Source: a candidate division FCPU426 bacterium
Lineage (GTDB): Bacteria; Oederibacteriota; JAAXVQ01; JAUVAV01
Assembly: GCA_030637655.1 (NCBI GenBank)
Contig: DAOWGI010000018.1
Location: forward strand, 1-16,418
Length of the DNA: 16,418 bases
Direction of reading: 5' to 3'
In this document: one piece after another, positions 8,651-14,612 of the stretch
How positions within the stretch are numbered: position 1 is the first letter of the stretch
How the letters are laid out: every line of letters begins with the position of its first letter
Position numbers and translations under genes: made by a program
The notes under the pieces: model-generated
What the model saw: only the letters and a program-made list of their open reading frames with translations
The model's database searches: none
What the model was told of the DNA's origin: nothing

Positions 8651-8772
8651 CAGGTCGTAAACCTGCCCTTACGGTTTTTAAATGTCAACCACCTGGAGAG
8701 CGGGTTTGGAACCCGCCCCTACGGAATTAAATGTCAACCACCTGGGGGGCGGGTTTGGAACCCGCCCCTACG
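8651..8772 (-). repeat. Tandem cluster of one-ended GTAG/GTAA REP hairpins (BIME-like)
   Basis: Two 46-bp direct repeats (8678-8723 and 8727-8772; 44/46 identical, period 49). The 8727-8772 copy reads GTAGGGGCGGGTTCCAAACCCGCCCCCCAGGTGGTTGACATTTAA on the minus strand. A truncated unit GTAAGGGCAGGTTTACGACCTG lies at 8672-8651. Confidence 0.85.
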
Positions 8773-9744
8773 TTATTTTTTCACAAAGATCCTGACCTGT
8801 TTTTTAAAACGATCCACCACATAAATCCGGCCTTGTGAATCCGTTGCCAGACCCACGCCAGTCAAGCCTTCCTGGAAAGCATCCGGTGGTGCCACCACAC
8901 TGCTGAAAGCGCCGGTCTTAGTATACACTTTTATGCGTACCAGTCCTTTTTCAACGGTAATAAACTGTCCATTGGGAAGCAGGGTGAAATGCGTGGGGTT
9001 GCAGCAGCCGGCAAAGCCGTCCAGGTTCATGCCGGGCTTTCCCCAGTATGATTTTAAAGTGCCGTCAAGCGCATAGTTTTCCAGACGGTGCAGGCCCGGG
9101 TTAACTGCCCAGATGGTGCCATTGGCGCCGAAATTGACGTCAAAATACGGACTCGGAATTTTAAATCCCTCTGCGTGTCGATGCCCGCTTTTGAGTCCGA
9201 TGAATCGCTTTAACCTGCCTTGAGTATCAAAAAGCCAGAGCTGTTTATGCCCGTAGTCCGCGACCACCACATGAGAAGTATTGGCAGCCATACCGGTTAT
9301 AAATGCTTTTTCACCTAAGGTGTTCCAGGTTTGCTTAAGTTTTCCTTTATAAGTATAGACCTCAATGTGGTCTTGGTAAGCCACATAGATCGCTTCTGAG
9401 GTAAGCGCGGCCAGGCTGTGCGGTTGCTGTTTTAAGGCAAAGGAAGCGCTGGCTGTTTTATCGGAATTGAATATATGAAGTTTCTTATCCGTGGCTACCA
9501 GCAGCACATCGTCTTTAGTGAGAGTGACACATTTCGGCAGAGCATCTTGGAAAAGAATCGGATTCAGTTCCTGGTGCGTGATCCGGCTTGGTTTTACTTT
9601 TTTAAATTGATCAATATTGTACGCATAAGGGTTTTCCGCCTGGGGTACGGGTTGCTTAGCTTTGCATCCGGTGGTCTTGCCGACGACCAAAGCCAGACCA
9701 CCGGCGAGTATGGTTTGCATAAATTGTTTTCGGGTCATTTTCAT
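8773..9744 (-). CDS. NHL-repeat beta-propeller protein with Tat-like (RK) / lipoprotein signal and GCCNP motif
   Basis: 323 aa. N-terminus MKMTRKQF...TTG-C. NHL-like blades VVVADYGHKQL and GLATDSQGRIYVVDRFKKQVRIF. FAGCCNP at about 8995-9015. Confidence 0.75.
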   Translation of the reverse strand: MKMTRKQFMQTILAGGLALVVGKTTGCKAKQPVPQAENPYAYNIDQFKKVKPSRITHQELNPILFQDALPKCVTLTKDDVLLVATDKKLHIFNSDKTASASFALKQQPHSLAALTSEAIYVAYQDHIEVYTYKGKLKQTWNTLGEKAFITGMAANTSHVVVADYGHKQLWLFDTQGRLKRFIGLKSGHRHAEGFKIPSPYFDVNFGANGTIWAVNPGLHRLENYALDGTLKSYWGKPGMNLDGFAGCCNPTHFTLLPNGQFITVEKGLVRIKVYTKTGAFSSVVAPPDAFQEGLTGVGLATDSQGRIYVVDRFKKQVRIFVKK

Positions 9745-9760
9745 AATGGTTGCCTATTTT

Positions 9761-9788
9761 GTAGGGGCACGGCATGCCGTGCCCCTAC
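9761..9788. repeat. 28-bp perfect GTAG...CTAC REP-like palindrome overlapping a stop codon
   Basis: GTAGGGGCACGGCA|TGCCGTGCCCCTAC. Bases 9787-9785 are the TAG stop of the upstream gene. Confidence 0.9.
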
Positions 9789-11239
9789 GGTTTTAATTCC
9801 AAACATATCATTTGTTCAAAATCACGCAAGAGCATTTTAGAGCCGGCGATTGCGATCGGTGCCCATGATTCCCGGCCTTGCAAGACTTTGACCTGACTTA
9901 ATTGTAAATAGCGGGTACTACTGGCTTTGGCTATGGTAAGCATACCATGATCGTCCAGAATAAAGATCTTATTATCCGCGATAATAAAAGGGCCTAAACC
10001 AAAACGGTGATCGCGTCCACTTTGCCACTTTATCTTTCCCTCCGGGGTCAGGCAGACCAGCTGGCGGCTAAATTCACCCGCGTCATTGGGCATAACGCTA
10101 TACAAATATCCTTTATAATATACAGGGGTATGCTGTTCACAGGCAAATACTTCTTTATCTAATTTGAACAGACTCTCTATGCTAAAACGGTTGTTGGCTT
10201 GAGTCAGCTTAAACATCATACTGCCGCCGCCATAGCCGGCAGTGACAAAAATGTTGTTTTCCGGAATCCGGACCGGGGAGGGACTGATCACGGATTGGTT
10301 CCAGGCCTTGGTCTGCCAGAGGATTTGGCCTGTGTCCGGCCCAAAGGCGGATATGCCGGCCATGCCGCCGATCGCGCAATAGACATACATCTTTTGCTGA
10401 AAAAAGGTCATGGGTATAATCGAAGAGTGGGACATTTTAAATTTATCCGGATTGGGAGTTTCCCAGAGTATTTTCCCGGTTTCCAGATCCACACCCAGGA
10501 GCAAGGCTTTGCCGCCCGGTGCCAGGACCGCAGTTGAACCATCAATGATTGGGCACTGACCGGTGTACCACAAGGGCACCTCGGTTCCGTATTGCGCAGC
10601 CAGATCCAGTCCCCATTTAAAATCACCGGTAATGGCATCCACGCACATGACCTGGCATTTGGGCCCCATGGTCACGACATATTTATCCGAAACCGCGGGA
10701 ACAGTTCTGGAAATGCCGTGATTGCGCTTGATGGGAATACGATAGGCTCTTCGCCAGATTTCTTTGCCGGTATCCAGGGAAAAACAACGCAACGCATCGC
10801 TCTGTTTTTCTTTGTCATAATCCAGTACATAGACGCGTCCGTTGCCCACAGCAGCGCCGGCATAGCCTTCACCCAGCTTTTGTGACCACAGAATGGGCAG
10901 GTCGGATTCGTTTAAGGTGCTGCGTAGGGGGGTGGATTCGCGGACCACGTTATTGTATTGTCCGCCGCGAAATCCGCTCCATGTAGGGGCACGGTGCACC
11001 GTGCCCCTACCAGAAAATGGAATTTCTGAGAATTTTGTAAACGTACCTTTGATATTTATTTTCTGGACAGCTAAGGCTTTGGCCATTTCATCTTGAGGGG
11101 GAGCGCTTCGCATTTGGATTGGTATTTTGGGCACGACTTGAAACCACATGGCAATGAGCACCAGACCCGCGATAGAGAGGGAGGCGGTGGTAAGTGTGTT
11201 GATAAACTGGATATTGGGTTTTTTAAAAGTAATCTGCAT
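9785..11239 (-). CDS. PQQ-binding-like beta-propeller protein with N-terminal membrane anchor (first gene of operon)
   Basis: N-terminal TM segment, WSGFRGG, LWSQKLGEGY, DTGKEIW and ETGKILW blades. The ORF-track TTG at 11311 coincides with the -35 box, so the start is set at ATG 11239; 484 aa. Confidence 0.85.
   Translation of the reverse strand: MQITFKKPNIQFINTLTTASLSIAGLVLIAMWFQVVPKIPIQMRSAPPQDEMAKALAVQKINIKGTFTKFSEIPFSGRGTVHRAPTWSGFRGGQYNNVVRESTPLRSTLNESDLPILWSQKLGEGYAGAAVGNGRVYVLDYDKEKQSDALRCFSLDTGKEIWRRAYRIPIKRNHGISRTVPAVSDKYVVTMGPKCQVMCVDAITGDFKWGLDLAAQYGTEVPLWYTGQCPIIDGSTAVLAPGGKALLLGVDLETGKILWETPNPDKFKMSHSSIIPMTFFQQKMYVYCAIGGMAGISAFGPDTGQILWQTKAWNQSVISPSPVRIPENNIFVTAGYGGGSMMFKLTQANNRFSIESLFKLDKEVFACEQHTPVYYKGYLYSVMPNDAGEFSRQLVCLTPEGKIKWQSGRDHRFGLGPFIIADNKIFILDDHGMLTIAKASSTRYLQLSQVKVLQGRESWAPIAIAGSKMLLRDFEQMICLELKP
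10983..11010. repeat. 28-bp perfect GTAG...CTAC palindrome located in frame inside a CDS
   Basis: GTAGGGGCACGGTG|CACCGTGCCCCTAC, 24/28 identical to 9761-9788. Translated as GRGTVHRAPT. Confidence 0.9.
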
Positions 11240-11282
11240 GATCAAAATCCAATATATTAGGGGTGAATAATTATTTGCCCTT

Positions 11283-11311
11283 AATTTATCAGTCCAATAA
11301 GCATGTGTCAA
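11283..11311 (-). promoter_or_regulatory. Sigma70-type promoter of the redox operon
   Basis: Minus strand: TTGACA (11311-11306), 17-nt spacer, TAAATT (11288-11283), with extended -10 TG at 11291-11290. About 45 nt upstream of ATG 11239. Confidence 0.7.
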
Positions 11312-11621
11312 TTATTAACCCTAAAACCGAAATGGAAATTTCACAAAATAGAAGCAATCGGTTTTAAAACCAACCTCAAATCACTGAATCGGCCTAAATG
11401 AAAAATGAGTTCTAGGTATTCAGGAAAAGGTGCCAAGCACAAATGGAATTATTTTTGATTACATGCAGTATATTTTTAAGTTTGAAACGTCTTGGAGATT
11501 TTAAGGGGAAAGTGCAGGAAGAATTACACAGGAGGAAGAAAAAAGAAGACGTATTTTAAAGTGTTTTTTTCATCACGACATAGTTAGCCCTTCTAATGAC
11601 AGGTCCATTCAGCATTGAATT

Positions 11622-12266
11622 TCAATTTAATCTGTTTTTCACCTCCTTTATAAATTTGCCGGAACCAAAGAAAGTCAATTTATGAAAAGTGCCATGGCAT
11701 TTATCAGCTTCATGATCCGGTTCAATCACCAGGCTTAAATATATTTGGCGTCGTTTTTCTTTGTTTTCAGACAATGCCAGATAAGTGGGATGAGGTTTAA
11801 GGGGAAGCAGGGGGTGGATTCTGCCATAAGCATAACTGTGAAAAGAACTAAAAAGCCACTTGTCAGGATGGTCCACCAACTGGGCTTTAAGCGGATTGCG
11901 GTCAATATACCTTAAGCAGGTCAACATATGCTTGTCATCCTGGACAATTGTGGAACAAAACCGGTCTCCCCAGAAATGGCCGGAAATCTTATATTTTTTA
12001 TTAAAATATTTGGCATAAAACGTTTTGATTTCACACATAACCTGGGAGAGGTCGGAATTGTTTTCAATGCGAATGATCATATGGAAGTGATTCATCATGG
12101 GTGTGAAAGCATACAAAATAACGCCATACTTCGATAAAATCAGTTTAAGGATTTTGCATAAAGCTTTTTGATCCTGCTTTTTCTTTAAAAATAGGCGTTT
12201 ACCGTTGGTGCGTGAAGTAATGTGGTAGGTCAAGCCAGGTGTTTTCAATCGAAGCGGTCGGCCCAT
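11622..12266 (-). CDS. REP-associated tyrosine transposase (RAYT; Y1 HUH, IS200/IS605 superfamily)
   Basis: 214 aa, frame intact. MGRPLR..PGLTYHITSR; HUH motif MMNHFHM; GHFWGDRF; catalytic Tyr in YIDRNP; WLFSSF. RBS AGGAGG at 12278-12273. Confidence 0.9.
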   Translation of the reverse strand: MGRPLRLKTPGLTYHITSRTNGKRLFLKKKQDQKALCKILKLILSKYGVILYAFTPMMNHFHMIIRIENNSDLSQVMCEIKTFYAKYFNKKYKISGHFWGDRFCSTIVQDDKHMLTCLRYIDRNPLKAQLVDHPDKWLFSSFHSYAYGRIHPLLPLKPHPTYLALSENKEKRRQIYLSLVIEPDHEADKCHGTFHKLTFFGSGKFIKEVKNRLN

Positions 12267-12306
12267 ATTCTGCCTCCTGTAAATGTAAGTTTGATGCTTG
12301 TTTATT

Positions 12307-12334
12307 TAGACGGGAAATAGAGGGAAAAATTGCA
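12307..12334 (-). promoter_or_regulatory. Possible ECF-sigma-type promoter of the RAYT gene
   Basis: Minus strand TGCAAT-N16-CGTCTA, about 40 nt upstream of the ATG. Resembles the TG(A/T)AA(C/T)-N16-CGT(C/A) ECF consensus. Confidence 0.3.
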
Positions 12335-12345
12335 AAAAAAATAAA

Positions 12346-12404
12346 AAAAAGTGGCTGGCACCAGTTCGGCACCAGTTCAAAAAGTGGCTGGCACCAGTTC
12401 GGCA
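12346..12404. repeat. Nested direct repeats upstream of RAYT
   Basis: AAAAAGTGGCTGGCACCAGTTCGGCA occurs twice (12346-12371, 12379-12404). GGCACCAGTTC occurs three times (12357, 12368, 12390). Confidence 0.85.
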
Positions 12405-12405
12405 G

Positions 12406-12519
12406 ATGGTCGTGGGCATGGTGCTGGATAACCGGATTTTATGGTTATTGCTGGACCTGGTGGTCATCGTGGGATGTTGCGGAATCGGCTTTCTCCTGTT
12501 GTTTAATAAAATCCGCTGA
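12406..12519 (+). CDS. Small single-TM protein (37 aa) or 3' remnant of a membrane-protein gene
   Basis: Manual translation: MVVGMVLDNRILWLLLDLVVIVGCCGIGFLLLFNKIR*. Hydrophobic helix with a basic tail; no clear RBS. Confidence 0.35.
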   Translation: MVVGMVLDNRILWLLLDLVVIVGCCGIGFLLLFNKIR

Positions 12520-12702
12520 TCGCGAAGATGGGAAAAATTAATTTGACTGCCCCGCAGCCGCCGAAGGCATAGTGCAGACCCCGACCGGAAAGATAATTGA
12601 AGTACGGGACTGGAGGCGCCACCGAACTGGAAGCAGACTTTCTCCGGTAGGCAGACCCGGCCCGGCGGACCGGATCGCGTCGCGCAGAGCGCAAAAAAAG
12701 CT

Positions 12703-12732
12703 TTGCGGCCGGGGAACAGTATGGTATAAAAT
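12703..12732 (+). promoter_or_regulatory. Possible sigma70 promoter for the PilZ gene
   Basis: TTGCGG (12703-12708) followed by TGGTATAAAAT (TATAAA at spacer 16 or TAAAAT at spacer 18). Confidence 0.3.
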
Positions 12733-12825
12733 TATCCTGTTGGACGGGTAAAGTCGTTTGATTTCGCCGTGGTGATTGGTGTGATGCGCTTATCATCCAG
12801 ATTGACGCCTAAGGGGTGATCACTG

Positions 12826-13272
12826 ATGAAGTCCAAGGTATATAAAGGCGAAGCCACCGCCGAAAGACGAAAATATCCAAGAATTCCCCTGACGCTTTCC
12901 GTGCAATTTATGATGGTCGACCGGGAAAAACTTTCTGCTGTGCTCGAAACGGTTTCAGATGATCTGGGCGTGGAAGGGATGGCCATGGTCAGCACGACCA
13001 AACTTTCAAGAGACCAGAAACTGCTGCTCACCCTGTTGGTCCCGGAAGACGCCAATGACAAGCTGATGAATCACAATGCCTCCATCTGCACGGAAAAAGG
13101 CTGCATCCCAGTGGCAATTTTTTCCCGCGTGGCATGGTGCGAGGATGTGGATGATCACAAATACCGCATTGGGGTGCAGTTTATCGAAATCACGGAGACC
13201 GGCCGGCAGATACTCAAGGATTTCTTCCTGGATTATAAACTGGACTATTCCAATTCAAACCTCATGCACTGA
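12826..13272 (+). CDS. PilZ domain protein (putative c-di-GMP receptor)
   Basis: 148 aa. ERRKYPR (RxxxR), DLGVEG (DxSxxG variant), RVAW...YRIGVQF. RBS-like AAGGGGTG upstream. Confidence 0.85.
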   Translation: MKSKVYKGEATAERRKYPRIPLTLSVQFMMVDREKLSAVLETVSDDLGVEGMAMVSTTKLSRDQKLLLTLLVPEDANDKLMNHNASICTEKGCIPVAIFSRVAWCEDVDDHKYRIGVQFIEITETGRQILKDFFLDYKLDYSNSNLMH

Positions 13273-13293
13273 CCGAACGCTTCGGCTGTTCGG
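13273..13293 (+). terminator. Hairpin directly after the PilZ stop (possible terminator or stabiliser)
   Basis: CCGAAC-GC-TTCG-GC-T-GTTCGG with a cUUCGg loop. The T-run starts about 15 nt downstream, so it is not a canonical intrinsic terminator. Confidence 0.3.
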
Positions 13294-13491
13294 AAACCTG
13301 CCTAGCCATTTCTTTTTTTACAGCATGGACGGAAACCGGTATTCAGCGATATGCTCCACTGCACTTTCTTCGAAGAATCTTTGTTTAGGGGACCAAGTAA
13401 ATATTATGCCGGCGGCAGAGCCAATCCAAAAATCGCTTTCTTCTGGAACCCGTGGCTGTTACAATGGCAGAAAATAGTCAAGGAGGAAGCT

Positions 13492-13680
13492 ATGTTTGGT
13501 CTGGGATTACCGGAACTTCTGGTAATATTGGTTATCATTTTATTGTTGTTCGGAGCCAGAAAATTGCCTGAAATTGGAAGGGCTTTGGGAAAAGGGATGA
13601 AAATGTTTAAAAAAGAGGCCAATGAACTTAGGGAGGCAGTTTCGGATATTGAAGAAGACGAAAAAACTAAAAAAAAGTAA
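13492..13680 (+). CDS. tatA: Sec-independent translocase TatA/TatE subunit
   Basis: [35 protein letters not shown], 62 aa. RBS AGGAGG at 13481-13486 supports ATG 13492 over the ORF-track start at 13351. Confidence 0.95.
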   Translation: MFGLGLPELLVILVIILLLFGARKLPEIGRALGKGMKMFKKEANELREAVSDIEEDEKTKKK

Positions 13681-13717
13681 CTCGCCTTCCGGCCGCAACC
13701 AACAGCCGGAGCAGAGC

Positions 13718-14410
13718 ATGACCTTTCTTTCACACCTGGAAGAATTGCGTCAACGAATTTTCTGGATGGTTATTACCCTGGTTCTGGCGACGATTGGTGC
13801 GTATCTGTTTGCAGAGGAATTAATCCTGTTTTTTTCACGCCCAATTGAGGAATTGGTGTTTATCAAACCGTTCGAAGCATTCCTGGTAAAAATCAAAGTG
13901 TCCCTATTTGCCGGTTGCTTGATGGCTATTCCGGTTATCTTTTATCAACTCTGGAGTTTTGTTGCCAAAGGAGTGACCCGAAAAGAGAAAAAAATTATTC
14001 TGGTGTATTTGCCGCTTTCCATTTTGTTGTTTTTTTCCGGAGCGCTTTTTGCCAATACGCTCATCGTGCCGGTGGGCATGCAATTTTTTCTGAGTCAATC
14101 CATGGCCACCTTAATTCCCATGATTTCGATTAGCGCTTATTTTTCTTTTCTGTTTTGGATGCTCTTGGTTTTTGGGCTGATGTTTGAACTGCCGCTGGTG
14201 GTTTTCTTTTTATCCCAATTCGGCCTGCTTACACCGGACGCGTTGAAAAGGCAACGCCGGGTTATTATCGTGTTGTTATTCATTATAGCTGCTTTTTTGA
14301 CCCCGCCGGATATCATTTCACAGGTTCTGCTGGCCGTGCCGCTGTGGTTGCTGCTGGAAATCAGTATTTTTATTGCCGGGGTGGTGTATAGGAAAAAACA
14401 GTCCCGGTAG
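13718..14410 (+). CDS. tatC: Sec-independent translocase TatC
   Basis: MTFLSHLEELRQR, PFEAF, YQLWSFV, FGLMFELP, AAFLTPPD, PLWLLLEISI; about 6 TM. Start uncertain: the frame is open from 13622, and GGAG precedes ATG 13718. Confidence 0.93.
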   Translation: MTFLSHLEELRQRIFWMVITLVLATIGAYLFAEELILFFSRPIEELVFIKPFEAFLVKIKVSLFAGCLMAIPVIFYQLWSFVAKGVTRKEKKIILVYLPLSILLFFSGALFANTLIVPVGMQFFLSQSMATLIPMISISAYFSFLFWMLLVFGLMFELPLVVFFLSQFGLLTPDALKRQRRVIIVLLFIIAAFLTPPDIISQVLLAVPLWLLLEISIFIAGVVYRKKQSR

Positions 14411-14421
14411 AGGAATCTATA

Positions 14422-14449
14422 GTAGAGACGCGATTAATCGCGTCTCTAC
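14422..14449. repeat. 28-bp perfect GTAG...CTAC REP-like palindrome
   Basis: GTAGAGACGCGATT|AATCGCGTCTCTAC, 11 bp after the tatC stop. Confidence 0.9.
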
Positions 14450-14461
14450 AAATAAAAATCC

Positions 14462-14492
14462 GGATTCCCGCTAAAGGCATGCGGGAATGACA
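14462..14492 (-). repeat. GTC-tagged ATTCCCGC...GCGGGAAT palindromic repeat (second REP class, dRS3-like core)
   Basis: Minus strand TGTCATTCCCGC-ATGCCTTTA-GCGGGAATCC; 8-bp arms at 14464-14471 and 14481-14488. Confidence 0.65.
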
Positions 14493-14612
14493 AACTTAAG
14501 AAAATACGCTTCCGCAACAGGAACTAATAGTTGTAAAATTAAATATTTTTAAAATACCAGGTATAGTAAAATTTAAATCCTGAAAGATAACTTAGAAAAA
14601 GTTGGCATAACC

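Larger units (their letters stand above)
11425..12404 (-). mobile_element. Putative RAYT element: transposase bracketed by inversely oriented GGCACC-containing motifs
   Basis: Left motif AAAAGGTGCCAAGCAC (11425-11440; reverse complement GTGCTTGGCACCTTTT) matches right motif GTGGCTGGCACCAGTT (12351-12366 and 12384-12399) at 12/16. The interior is AT-rich. Boundaries are inferred. Confidence 0.4.

Noticed and set aside
8683-8737. TTGACA hexamers (minus strand) in each tandem unit as internal promoters
   Set aside because: No -10-like hexamer 16-18 nt downstream of either.
8651-8772. CRISPR array
   Set aside because: Only two near-identical units separated by 3 bp, no unique spacers and no cas genes; the units are REP hairpins.
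10923-10949. CGTAGGGGGGTGG as a further intragenic REP
   Set aside because: No matching complementary arm ending in CTAC; probably chance.
11240-11311. ORF-track N-terminal extension from TTG 11311
   Set aside because: The TTG is the start of the TTGACA -35 box; ATG 11239 lies downstream of the predicted TSS.
12346-12404. CRISPR mini-array
   Set aside because: Two 26-bp copies separated by 7 bp that are themselves repeat-derived; no spacer.
12555-12655. Glycine riboswitch (CGCCGAAGG and CACCGAA words) or c-di-GMP riboswitch before pilZ
   Set aside because: The GGAGA and CTCTCAGG elements of glycine aptamers and the GAAA/CGCAAAGC architecture of c-di-GMP-I are not present in the right order.
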